From Chloroflexota bacterium (GTDB lineage: Bacteria; Chloroflexota; Dehalococcoidia; Lucifugimonadales; UBA2962), in contig QGNM01000002.1 of assembly GCA_003228095.2 (NCBI GenBank), forward strand, positions 9,029 to 73,028: DNA of 64,000 nt, in the 5' to 3' direction. Of the stretch, positions 39,494 to 49,565 are shown in pieces. The first letter of the stretch is position 1. Each line of letters starts with the position of its first letter. The notes below the pieces were generated by a model. The model was given only the letters and a program-made list of their open reading frames with translations, was not told the origin of the DNA and did not search any database. The position numbers and the translations under genes are program-made.

Positions 39494-40477
39494 ATGAAAG
39501 AAGTAAATGTAATTGAAGCTGTTCGACAAGCCATGTACGAAGAAATGGACAGAGATCAGGACGTCTTTATTTTGGGAGAAGATATAGGAGTTAGAGGAGG
39601 AGTTTTTTTAGCAACGGATGGCTTTCTTGAGGCTTTTGGAGCACACCGAGTAATAGATACCCCGATTTCTGAATCTGCTATTGCAGGAGTAGCTTTAGGT
39701 GCAGCTATGCAAGGCATGAGACCAATAGTTGAGATCGAGTTTGCGGATTTTATTTGGCCAGTTTTTAATCAGATTTTGGGTGAGGCCGCTAGAATTAGAT
39801 ATGGGACAAATGGAAAGTTGCACGCACCACTGGTTTTAAGAGCTCCATATGGTGGAGGAATTCGAGGAGGCCTATACCATTCACAAAGCCCAGAGGCATA
39901 TTTCGCACATACACCTGGACTCAAAGTCGTGGCTCCTTCAACTCCTTTTGATGCAAAAGGCCTCTTGAAGTCGGCGATTAGGGATAATGACCCGGTAGTT
40001 TTCTTGGAGCACAAAAAAACATATCGATTGGTTAAGGGAAATATTCCTAAAGAAGAATATACCATCCCAATTGGTAAAGCTGATGTAAAAATAGAAGGTG
40101 GGGATGTAACTGTGGTCACTTACGGCCTGATGTTACATCATTGTGTCGAAGCGGCTAGGATTTTGAAAGACAATAATATTGATGTTGAAGTAATCGATCT
40201 GCGGACATTACGACCGATTGATCATGAAACTTTAATTAAATCTGTAACTAAGACAGGTAAAGCTTTAATCGTTCATGAAGACACGCTGGCTTTAGGCATA
40301 GGTGCAGAAATATCGGCCATATTATCGGAAAACGTTTTTGAATACTTAGATGCTCCTATCAAAAGACTAGCTGGACCAGAGGTGCCAGCAATGCCGTTTA
40401 GCCCAACTTTAGAAAATGAATTTATGATTAATTCAGAAGACATAATCAATGCTTTGAAAGAATTGGCAGAGTATTAA
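39494..40477 (+). CDS. 2-oxoacid dehydrogenase E1 beta subunit
   Basis: GEDIGVRGGVFLATDGF, DTPISE, and the transketolase C-terminal domain. Confidence 0.92.
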   Translation: MKEVNVIEAVRQAMYEEMDRDQDVFILGEDIGVRGGVFLATDGFLEAFGAHRVIDTPISESAIAGVALGAAMQGMRPIVEIEFADFIWPVFNQILGEAARIRYGTNGKLHAPLVLRAPYGGGIRGGLYHSQSPEAYFAHTPGLKVVAPSTPFDAKGLLKSAIRDNDPVVFLEHKKTYRLVKGNIPKEEYTIPIGKADVKIEGGDVTVVTYGLMLHHCVEAARILKDNNIDVEVIDLRTLRPIDHETLIKSVTKTGKALIVHEDTLALGIGAEISAILSENVFEYLDAPIKRLAGPEVPAMPFSPTLENEFMINSEDIINALKELAEY

Positions 40478-40479
40478 TT

Positions 40480-41757
40480 ATGGAAATTGTTTTACCACAG
40501 CTGGGAGAATCTATTGCTGAAGGGATAATCGGTAAATGGTTGGTTGTTGAAGGGGATGAAATAGATAAATACCAGCCTTTGTTGGAAGTAATAACAGACA
40601 AGGTTAATGTCGAGATGCCAGCACCGGTTTCGGGCATAATAACTAAAATCGTAGCAGCTGAAGGTGAAACAGTTTTAGTTGGGACAGTTATTGCTTTGAT
40701 AGCAACTTCAGGTCAGGTAGATATTGAAATTCTTGAAACACCTGAGGTTGATACTATTGGTGGATTTGTTTCAGGCATACCTGCTGTAGGCCCGACTGGA
40801 GCGGCAAACGTACCTCAGCACAATTCACATGAAGTAGGAAATGTTGGAAATATATCAAACTTTGGGCTTTCACCCGCTGTAAAAAAACTCGTAGAAAAGC
40901 ATAATATAAATCTATCTGAATTGCATGGTACTGGAAGATCAGGTCGAGTTACAAGAAAAGATGTAGAAGCATTTTTAAACATTGAAGATACTACTCCAAA
41001 AGATTCAGTTGATCATGAAATTGGCCGCCAAACTATGGATCCAATTAGAAAAGCCATTGCACAGAATATGGCCCAAAGTTCTGCCGATATCCCTGACGTG
41101 TGGTTAAGTATCGAAACGGATGTAACAAATTTAGTAATTTTAAGGGAGTCTATAAAGGATAAATTCTTGGAATCAAACGGGTTTCCAATCACCTTTTTGG
41201 CTTTTGCTGTGCTTTCAGTTGCAAAAGGAGTAAAAGAGCACCCGATCGTTAATTCATCGATCGAAAAAGATGAAATTATTGCCCATATTGGATTAAATAT
41301 GGGTATAGCAGTTGCTAGCTCAGTAGGCCTTATAGTACCAGTTATCAAAGACGTTTTTGATAAATCACTTACCTCTATTGCTGCTGAAATATATCGATTA
41401 GTTACTTTAGCTAATTCCGGAAATTTAGCGCATTCAGATGTGACACACGGAACATTTACTATAAATAATACTGGGACTTTAGGATCTAATTTGTCAAAAC
41501 CGATTATTGTTCCAGGCCAGGCATCAATTATGACAACTGAGAAAATTAACAAAAAACCGGTGGTGATGCCGGTTGATTCTAAGAAAACAGACTTGCAGGT
41601 TCAGATTAATAAACAAGAGGCCATAGAAATTAGGTCGATAATGAATTTATGCTTAAGTTTTGACCATAGAATTATGGATGGTAGCCATGCTGCTGGCTTT
41701 TTAAATCGTGTAAAAACATCGATGGAGTCTTTTGGTAAAGACACTGCTCTGGACTGA
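40480..41757 (+). CDS. Dihydrolipoamide acyltransferase (E2) of the second complex
   Basis: Lipoyl domain (EVITDKVNVEMP), subunit-binding domain (SPAVKKLVEKHNINLSELHGTGRSGRVTRKDVE) and catalytic DHRIMDG. Confidence 0.9.
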   Translation: MEIVLPQLGESIAEGIIGKWLVVEGDEIDKYQPLLEVITDKVNVEMPAPVSGIITKIVAAEGETVLVGTVIALIATSGQVDIEILETPEVDTIGGFVSGIPAVGPTGAANVPQHNSHEVGNVGNISNFGLSPAVKKLVEKHNINLSELHGTGRSGRVTRKDVEAFLNIEDTTPKDSVDHEIGRQTMDPIRKAIAQNMAQSSADIPDVWLSIETDVTNLVILRESIKDKFLESNGFPITFLAFAVLSVAKGVKEHPIVNSSIEKDEIIAHIGLNMGIAVASSVGLIVPVIKDVFDKSLTSIAAEIYRLVTLANSGNLAHSDVTHGTFTINNTGTLGSNLSKPIIVPGQASIMTTEKINKKPVVMPVDSKKTDLQVQINKQEAIEIRSIMNLCLSFDHRIMDGSHAAGFLNRVKTSMESFGKDTALD

Positions 41758-42448
41758 CAAATTGCAAATTAGGAATTGTAACAATACCAATGGCATTAGG
41801 GTTATATGGTTGGGACCTTCGGATTTTAATGAGACTTGGGAGTTACAAAAACGTTTATCTCGAAAAATCGCTAATGGCGAAGCCCCAGAAACACTTCTAT
41901 TGTTAGAACATAACAATGTTTACACCCTTGGGAGAAGGGGTAAAGACAAAGATATTCTTTTACCAGCAAGTGAACTTACTTCAATGGGAATAGAGGTGCA
42001 TAAAATAGATCGAGGTGGTGAAGTTACTTATCATGGCCCCGGCCAGCTTGTCGGGTATCCAATATTAGATGTAAGAAAGCTAGGAGGCCCATTACGTCTT
42101 GTTTATGCGTTACAGAACACTATGGTTAGTTCCTTGTCAGATTTTGGTATCGAAGCAATTTGTGAAAATAAACCAACAGGAGTGTGGGTTCAGAATTTAA
42201 AAATTGGTGCAATTGGACTAAAGGTTAGTAAAGGATTTTCTACCCATGGTTTTGCATTAAATGTTTCTCCTGATTTAAGTTTTTTTGACCATATCATTCC
42301 ATGTGGAATGCCGGGTTCGGGAGTAACATCAATGAGTGACCTTTCAGTTGAGGTCAGTGTGTTTGAGTTTGCCCAAGTAGTATCTGGATATTTCTCTGAA
42401 TTACTGGATAGAAATTTATATTGGTCTGACAAAGCAGACCTGATTTAG
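41732..42448 (+). CDS. lipB: Octanoyltransferase (lipoyl(octanoyl) transferase)
   Basis: HNNVYTLGRRG, RGGEVTYHGPGQLVGYP and GIKV motifs of LipB. The start is uncertain: TTG at 41732 overlaps the E2 3' end, and an alternative TTG lies at 41762. Confidence 0.88.
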   Translation: MVKTLLWTDKLQIRNCNNTNGIRVIWLGPSDFNETWELQKRLSRKIANGEAPETLLLLEHNNVYTLGRRGKDKDILLPASELTSMGIEVHKIDRGGEVTYHGPGQLVGYPILDVRKLGGPLRLVYALQNTMVSSLSDFGIEAICENKPTGVWVQNLKIGAIGLKVSKGFSTHGFALNVSPDLSFFDHIIPCGMPGSGVTSMSDLSVEVSVFEFAQVVSGYFSELLDRNLYWSDKADLI

Positions 42449-42478
42449 TTTACAATTAAAGTTTTAAGCATCGTAAAC

Positions 42479-45400
42479 ATGACTAACCCATACACTCCAA
42501 TGAATTCTTTAAATATTATTAATCTTATCCGCTATAGATTCACCAATGAGTGGAAGTTGATGCTATCAATATTCCTTGGAGTATTAATAGCTACAACGCT
42601 CATATCTGGGGCGCCAATATATCTTGATTCTCTCGAGCGCATTAGTGTTGACACTGCCTTTGACCGCACGTCTGACGTAACCTTAAATGCTTTAATCTAC
42701 ACGCCCAATATAGTTCTGACCCGGGAATCCTTGGAAGATAGCCAACAGAGTGTTAGCACTGCAGTTAAGGAACATATTGATGAAGTGTATGTTAGTGAAA
42801 GACGCCTAATTAGAAGTCAAAATTATTTAGCAGGATTACCCTATAGACCCTTAGAGAGCAGAATGGTTTCACGAGGGTATTTACAGTATATGGAGAGTAT
42901 TGAACAGAATATTGTCTTTACTGAAGGCCGAATGGCCTCTGACGAGATAAAACATGGAGAATCAGGCCCTTTGATTGAGGTCATCTTAGGATCGCCTTCA
43001 CTTAATATATATGATCTAAAAGTAAACGACGTAGTCGAACTTACAACTTTTATCGATAGCGAAGTGCGCATATCAGCAAAGATCACTGGAATTTTTGATC
43101 CAATCGATTCAAAATCGGCTTTTTGGAGAGAGAATGCCGATACTTTTCTGAGGCCTGCACCTATAGAAGATGCTGTTGAGAAGGACGTTATGGTCGATCC
43201 TGAAGAGCCTCCATTACCATTTTTTATCAGCGAAAATGTTTTGATCGAATCTATATCTAGTTCATTCCCAGGCACTTTGGTTAGTTCATCATGGCTTCTA
43301 TTTTTAGACAGGGAAAATTTGAAAAAATATGATGTTGAAGAGGGACAATTAAGGTTCTCAAATTTTAAAGAAGACATCTCTTTATCCTTACCTGGCTCTT
43401 TCATGTTATCAATTGTGCCGAAAGTATTAGAGACATATGAAAAAAGGAGTTTATACACGAGCATACCCTTGTTGCTTCTTTTGACTTTGATGATAGTTAC
43501 AGTCTTGTACTACATGTCAATGATGATCGCATATCTTGTTCAGAGTAGAGAAGAAGATGTTGTTCGGCTTAGAACTCGAGGAATTAGTACTATTAAACTT
43601 TTTCAGGTTTATTTTATTGAAATCTTACTGTTAATTGTTTCTGCTGTAGCTATCGGCCCATTTATTGCTATGAGCCTAATTGGAGTAGCAGGGAAAATGC
43701 CGTATTTTAAATCAATTACCGATGGAGATTTCATACCAGTTCAGTTGACATGGCAGCCTTTTGCAATAGCAGCTGGGCTAGGAGTCTTTTGTATAGTGAT
43801 ATATACAGTGGCTGGGCTAATCGCATCTCGGTTCGGAGTGATTTCTCAGCGATTAAAAGCGTCCCGACCACAATTGTCTCCATTCTTTCAACAGTATTAT
43901 ATTGACCTGGCATTCTTAATTATTGGGGGAATTGTTTTTTGGGAGCTTCAGTCAAGAGGCACCTTCTTATCAAGTGACAGTTCTAATTTACAACAAATAA
44001 ATGAAGGACTTTTATTTGCACCGGTACTTTTCCTCATTGGAATCGCTTTAATATTCATGCGTATATTCCCGTTGGTGATTAGATATTTCGCAGGGGAGTC
44101 GCTATCGTTAATAAATCTTGTTATGGGATTTACTTTTATAATGGTTGGCCCGGTATACGCCCTACAGCTATTTCTTGATGACAGGAGCCTAAATTGGATT
44201 TATCTAATTTTGATAAGTATAGGTTTTTTGATTTCTTATAGGTTACTTGTACCAAGGTTGCAATTATTCCGGAGAGAATCCATATGGATAATGGTATTCG
44301 GGCTATTGTTTCAATTGGGCCTCGTAGTGATTTATATCTATTTATCACAATCTATTTTTCCAGTATCGTATTTGTTTTTTGATGTATTTATTGCTCTCTT
44401 TATATCAATTGTTCCTATGCAAATATTTTTTGTATTATTACGTTATTTTTCTCATAGATACCCTGTTTGGATATCTATGAGCCTATGGCAAATGGCTCGT
44501 AATCCTTTTCAGTATAGCTGGCTTGTTTTACTGTTGGTCTTAATTACAGGAATGGCTATTTTATCGACAACTGTAGGAGGTACTCTTGATAAAAGCCAAC
44601 TCGAGAGAGTTTTACATCAAACGGCATCGGATGTGCGAGTTGGAGGGTTACCTTCAGATAGCATTACTGGCACCAGTAAAACTAGTAAGATTTATCAAGA
44701 TATCAATGGTGTGTCTAATGTAGCAATGGCATATCGTGGAACTGCCATAACTGGATCTACGGGTGCTGGCCTTCAGGTTGATGTTTTGGGCATACAGCCG
44801 AATGAATTTAGCCGTGTTTCATGGTTTCGAGATGATTATGCTGATATAGATCTGGAAACTCTTTCGATGGAACTTGAGACTGCGAGTAATGTTGACTTCC
44901 TTCCTTTACCTACCAATTCTAAAGAAATAGGAGTTTATGTTAAACCTGAGGACAATTACCCCAATATATTCGTATGGCTGGTTGTGCAAGACAGTAGAGG
45001 GTTAGTTCGGACGGTTAGTTTAGGACGAACCGAAAGTTCCCAATGGCATGCTTTGAAGACAAATATACCTGAAACTCTAATTCATCCTATAAATGTGTTG
45101 TCAGTACAAATATATGAACCTGTGTTGGGCCCGAATGGGACTATAGGTTCAATGCAATTTGATGATATTTTCGTGATAACTGAATCAGGATCTAAAAAAG
45201 TCATTGAAAGTTTTGAAGGTCCACTGATATGGAGGACATTAGTTTCTACTCCTTTGGCTACAAATCAGTTATCTACGAACAATATAGAAGCTATTTCTGG
45301 AGAAAGAAGTGCACAATTTGAATTTGGAAAAGACACTTCTGAGGGGATAAGGGGATTTTATTACGCACCTTCTGGAGGACAAGTTCCCGTAATCATAAAT

Positions 45401-46174
45401 CAGCCTTTGTCATCTGCTACAGGCTTACAGCTTTCAGATAGTTTATTAGTTACGATAAATGGCCAAGTAATCCCAGTTAAAGTTATTAATGTGATCAACA
45501 ACTTCCCTACTTTGAGTTCTGATAGGGGATTTTTAATTGCTGATTTAGACTTGTTGTTGCGATATGTGAAACTAAAATCAGCTACTTCTGTATCTGGAGC
45601 AAACGAAGTCTTTCTTACTGTGGACGAAGGGCATAACACAGATGTGGTGAATAGCTTGCATAGCATTCTTGGTAGAGCTTCTCCTGTAAGAGTATATGAT
45701 GGAGAGGCGAATTTAGCTTCTGCTCAGCTAGACCCTCTAGTTTCTGGAGGATGGAAATCAATGGTTGTTGTAGCAGTTTTCGTGGTAATTTTTACTGGCG
45801 CATTAGGTTATTCAACTTATTTATTATCATTTACTAAAAGAATGAAGATTCAAATGGCTTCTCTGAGGACCCTTGGATTGTCAAAGCTTCAAGTGGCAGG
45901 CCTTCTATATCTCGAAAATATAGTTATATTTGCAATGGGAATTGGATTGGGGACCTGGGCTGGATTTCAGATGAGTAATTTAATGGTCGACTCTGTGGCT
46001 ATTACAGAAACAGGATCTAAAGTGATGCCGGTGTTTCAGATAGTTACCAATTGGCAAATAATGTTGCCTGTGTATGGGATTTTAGTAATAATTTTTGTTA
46101 CCGCAGTTCTATTCATGTATAGGTCAGTTATAAAAGTCGATTTACCATCAATGTCCAGGCGAGTGATTAATTAA
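42479..46174 (+). CDS. Giant FtsX-family (MacB-type) ABC permease with two FtsX units, two large extracytoplasmic domains and extra TM helices
   Basis: 1231 aa. Layout is TM1 (res ~25-48), a soluble domain of ~270 aa, three TM, a linker TM bundle, LWQMARNP plus a TM, a soluble domain of ~400 aa, then three C-terminal TM. Paralogous to the next ORF. Confidence 0.8.
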   Translation: MTNPYTPMNSLNIINLIRYRFTNEWKLMLSIFLGVLIATTLISGAPIYLDSLERISVDTAFDRTSDVTLNALIYTPNIVLTRESLEDSQQSVSTAVKEHIDEVYVSERRLIRSQNYLAGLPYRPLESRMVSRGYLQYMESIEQNIVFTEGRMASDEIKHGESGPLIEVILGSPSLNIYDLKVNDVVELTTFIDSEVRISAKITGIFDPIDSKSAFWRENADTFLRPAPIEDAVEKDVMVDPEEPPLPFFISENVLIESISSSFPGTLVSSSWLLFLDRENLKKYDVEEGQLRFSNFKEDISLSLPGSFMLSIVPKVLETYEKRSLYTSIPLLLLLTLMIVTVLYYMSMMIAYLVQSREEDVVRLRTRGISTIKLFQVYFIEILLLIVSAVAIGPFIAMSLIGVAGKMPYFKSITDGDFIPVQLTWQPFAIAAGLGVFCIVIYTVAGLIASRFGVISQRLKASRPQLSPFFQQYYIDLAFLIIGGIVFWELQSRGTFLSSDSSNLQQINEGLLFAPVLFLIGIALIFMRIFPLVIRYFAGESLSLINLVMGFTFIMVGPVYALQLFLDDRSLNWIYLILISIGFLISYRLLVPRLQLFRRESIWIMVFGLLFQLGLVVIYIYLSQSIFPVSYLFFDVFIALFISIVPMQIFFVLLRYFSHRYPVWISMSLWQMARNPFQYSWLVLLLVLITGMAILSTTVGGTLDKSQLERVLHQTASDVRVGGLPSDSITGTSKTSKIYQDINGVSNVAMAYRGTAITGSTGAGLQVDVLGIQPNEFSRVSWFRDDYADIDLETLSMELETASNVDFLPLPTNSKEIGVYVKPEDNYPNIFVWLVVQDSRGLVRTVSLGRTESSQWHALKTNIPETLIHPINVLSVQIYEPVLGPNGTIGSMQFDDIFVITESGSKKVIESFEGPLIWRTLVSTPLATNQLSTNNIEAISGERSAQFEFGKDTSEGIRGFYYAPSGGQVPVIINQPLSSATGLQLSDSLLVTINGQVIPVKVINVINNFPTLSSDRGFLIADLDLLLRYVKLKSATSVSGANEVFLTVDEGHNTDVVNSLHSILGRASPVRVYDGEANLASAQLDPLVSGGWKSMVVVAVFVVIFTGALGYSTYLLSFTKRMKIQMASLRTLGLSKLQVAGLLYLENIVIFAMGIGLGTWAGFQMSNLMVDSVAITETGSKVMPVFQIVTNWQIMLPVYGILVIIFVTAVLFMYRSVIKVDLPSMSRRVIN

Positions 46175-46198
46175 TGTTTATAGGTAAATATAAATAAA

Positions 46199-49100
46199 TT
46201 GTTATCAGATTTTATTACAACATGGAAATTCGTAATTAAGCGAAGCTTGTCTCATGCTCGCTTGTTAGCATCAGTCGTTATAGGAGTTTTGCTGGCAGCT
46301 GCAATATTGTCCGGGACAGTTATATATTTTAACTCGCTTAAGGAGATAGCCCTTGACGCAACGTTAGATGCTATGCCTAGCAATGATCTAGATATAGTGG
46401 CAAAAACCACAAGAGGCCCAACTACAGTTGATGAATATGAAAAAGTATCTAATTTAATAATTGATGAGGCCACAAAAACTATACGATGGTTTTCAAAAGA
46501 TTTAATATCTGGAGGCAGCTCACCTACATTTTTCCTGACAGAGCCAGGAAAAGAAGATCAAGCTGGTAAAGATAATGCAAGGGCCTACTTTTTATTTTCA
46601 TCCGATTTAAATAAATATACCGGCATTGTCAATGGAGGTAGAACTCCTGACAATTCGAATAATCACACCAATCTAACCTCACCTCTAGTTATTGAAGCTT
46701 TAATTTCCGAAGAAGCTGCTTGGGAGTCAAATATTGCAATAGGTGATACGTTATCGGTAGTTCCGTTTTGGAGCGATGAGCTTGATAAAGCTACTGTGGT
46801 TGTGACTGGAGTGCTGCGGGATTTAAACTCGGATGCAAATTTTTGGCACCTTAATGAGTTGGTTTTTGGAGCTAATACTGGATCATCATTTAAGACTGTT
46901 CCATTCTATGTTTCTGAAGAGACATATTTTCAGATTCTTGGTAAATCTTTTACTGCCATGGATACTAATTATGGGTGGATGTTTGCTGTCGACAAAGATT
47001 TAATAAGTGCAGATAAAGCTCAAGATGGGATACGAAGTATTGAATTAATGGAAGCTAGATTGCAATCGCAATTATCCACTTATCGTCAATTCACCTCACT
47101 GGATGAATTACTAGTTGATTATGAGAAGCGACTATTCTTCTCAAAACTTCCTATGTTTGTATTGCTAGTTTTGGTTGCTGTTGTAGTTTTATATTACATT
47201 ATCACCTTATCTGGTCTTTTAATTGAGCGACAAAAAGGGGAAATCGCATTACTAAGGAGCAGAGGCGCAGGGTTTTGGCACTTAATATCAATATTCACAG
47301 TTGAAGGATTAACGATATCTGGACTATCTATTGTATTAGGACCATTGATGGCTGCGGGCGCTATAAAATTGGCGGGATCAACTCCCATATTTGCAGAACT
47401 GTTAGGCGGTACAGGATTAGACGTTAAATTATCGGGAACTGCTTACGCATTGGGCGCGGTGGGAGGTTTGTTTTCTTTTTGTGCTTTAATGATTCCAGCG
47501 ATTCAAGCTTCTAGAATGTCTGTTACTGCTTATCGACGTGAGAGCGCTCGCCCAAGTGGACTTCCATTCTTTCAAAAATACTACATTGATGTTTTATTAT
47601 TAATTTTGCTCGTAGTTCTTTTCAGACAATTGACTGAACAAGGATCACTTTTTGCTTCACAAGCGTTTGGCAAAACAACTGCTAACTATTTATTACTAGC
47701 AGTACCTGCAATTACTCTTCTCGGGTTTGCCTTAGTTTTACTAAGACTCTTTCCTGTTGCGTTAAATTTGGCTAGCAGGATACTCTCGAAAATACTTCCT
47801 GTAGGGCCTACTTTAGGGTTGTGGCAGATGGCTCGAAATCCAGCTTACTATGCCAGGTTGTCTTTACTGTTAATTCTCACTGCCGGGCTTGGGATTTTCG
47901 CTGCCAGTTTTGGGGGCACGTTGGATCGTAGTTTTAAAGAGCGAGTTTTGTATTCTACTGGAAGTGAAATTAGGATTGATGGTATTTCCTCGGACGCTAG
48001 TGGTTATACAAAGCCATTTCAATCAAGCTATGAAGAAATAGATGGCGTGGCCTCAGCTTCATCGGTGTATAGAGGGCGGGCATATGATTACACAGATCTG
48101 ACCTCAGATAAAATTCAAATCCTAGGTATCAATCCAAGTACATTTGCTGATGTTGGATGGTTTAGAGATGGCTTCTTTGATGTAAGTAAGACGGACATGT
48201 TATCTTCATTAGAATCTAGTCAAATTGCTGAAGGGATTCCTATACCTGAAAAAGCCCGTACTATTTCTATAATTGCCAAGTCAAGTAGGCCTCAACCGAC
48301 TGTTCGATTGGCTGTAAGGATTGTAGACGCAAATGGACGGTATTTTACCTATGAAATGGGAAATTTGACAACGTCTAATGTGCAACTGTACGAAGTGGCT
48401 TTAAAAAGGACAAGTAGGTCTACGTCTAGGTTGCTTAGAGGCCAACAACTTGAACCTACAGCTCCCCTAAGGTTAGTTTCTATAGCTATAGATGAAACAA
48501 ATACTTTGGGTAGCACATTCCCAGGACAATTAACAATTGGACAAATCAGCGTGCGAGACTCTGAAGGAACACGATTTGAAATAGATAATTCCTTAGATAA
48601 TCAGATGTGGAATCCTTTAGTCATGACTTCTGATTCAATTGGAGATTTCGTAACTGTATCTGAGATTGATGTTGATGGAATAGAAGGTGAATCAGTTACA
48701 TTTAATTGGTCTTCTGGTCCTTCGCGTGTCCCAAGAGGAATTTATTATGGAACTGAAATTTCGTTTGTTCCGGTGATTGGAAGTAAATCATTTATTTCAT
48801 CATCGGGTCATGAAATCGGCGATTTATTCTATATCTATGTTGCCAGTAAAAGGGTGCCAGTTAAGTTGGTAAATAGATTCTCTTATTTTCCTACTCTAGA
48901 CGTTGTAAATGAGATTCATCTTGTCGCTGATATAAATACTTTAATTGCTTTTGCTAATTTAGATACCTCACAACGTGAATTAAAACCAAATGAAATGTGG
49001 CTTAACCTTAATGTTGAGGGGAAAGATAAATTAGATTTAGTTGAATCTTTAAAGACATACCCTTTTGGCGCCACAACTATTTTTGAACGAGAAGCATTGT

Positions 49101-49561
49101 TGCAGGAAAGTAGCGTGGACCCACTAACGAAAGCTGGGTGGAGGGCGATATTATTTATAGCGTTTGGGGCGGTATTTATATTGAGTTGTTTAGGGTTCAT
49201 TGTTCATGCTTATGTGTCTTTTAGTGGCCGCAGAGTTCAATTTGCTTTACTAAGAACAGTTGGGCTGACACAATTTCAAATAGGTACAGTTGTACTTTTA
49301 GAGCAAGTTTTTGTAATTGCAACGGGAATGGCTTTGGGTGCATGGATGGGGCAAAACCTTGGGGCGATAATTATGCCATTTATTGCAAATGATGATCTTG
49401 GATCTCAGGTTTTACCTCCATTTGTAACTGAGATAAGTTGGATTGCTCTGATTGGCACGTATGCAGCTATGATTCTTGTGTTTACGGCTATAACTTTTTC
49501 AATGATATGGTTTGTGCGACGGATATCTGTGGTAACAACTTTAAGAATAGGAGAGAATTAG
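46199..49561 (+). CDS. Giant FtsX-family (MacB-type) ABC permease, paralogue 2
   Basis: 1120 aa with the same architecture as the preceding ORF. Shared signatures are PFFQKYYID, LWQMARNP and C-terminal LRT(V/L)GL. TTG start. Confidence 0.8.
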   Translation: MLSDFITTWKFVIKRSLSHARLLASVVIGVLLAAAILSGTVIYFNSLKEIALDATLDAMPSNDLDIVAKTTRGPTTVDEYEKVSNLIIDEATKTIRWFSKDLISGGSSPTFFLTEPGKEDQAGKDNARAYFLFSSDLNKYTGIVNGGRTPDNSNNHTNLTSPLVIEALISEEAAWESNIAIGDTLSVVPFWSDELDKATVVVTGVLRDLNSDANFWHLNELVFGANTGSSFKTVPFYVSEETYFQILGKSFTAMDTNYGWMFAVDKDLISADKAQDGIRSIELMEARLQSQLSTYRQFTSLDELLVDYEKRLFFSKLPMFVLLVLVAVVVLYYIITLSGLLIERQKGEIALLRSRGAGFWHLISIFTVEGLTISGLSIVLGPLMAAGAIKLAGSTPIFAELLGGTGLDVKLSGTAYALGAVGGLFSFCALMIPAIQASRMSVTAYRRESARPSGLPFFQKYYIDVLLLILLVVLFRQLTEQGSLFASQAFGKTTANYLLLAVPAITLLGFALVLLRLFPVALNLASRILSKILPVGPTLGLWQMARNPAYYARLSLLLILTAGLGIFAASFGGTLDRSFKERVLYSTGSEIRIDGISSDASGYTKPFQSSYEEIDGVASASSVYRGRAYDYTDLTSDKIQILGINPSTFADVGWFRDGFFDVSKTDMLSSLESSQIAEGIPIPEKARTISIIAKSSRPQPTVRLAVRIVDANGRYFTYEMGNLTTSNVQLYEVALKRTSRSTSRLLRGQQLEPTAPLRLVSIAIDETNTLGSTFPGQLTIGQISVRDSEGTRFEIDNSLDNQMWNPLVMTSDSIGDFVTVSEIDVDGIEGESVTFNWSSGPSRVPRGIYYGTEISFVPVIGSKSFISSSGHEIGDLFYIYVASKRVPVKLVNRFSYFPTLDVVNEIHLVADINTLIAFANLDTSQRELKPNEMWLNLNVEGKDKLDLVESLKTYPFGATTIFEREALLQESSVDPLTKAGWRAILFIAFGAVFILSCLGFIVHAYVSFSGRRVQFALLRTVGLTQFQIGTVVLLEQVFVIATGMALGAWMGQNLGAIIMPFIANDDLGSQVLPPFVTEISWIALIGTYAAMILVFTAITFSMIWFVRRISVVTTLRIGEN

Positions 49562-49565
49562 TTTT

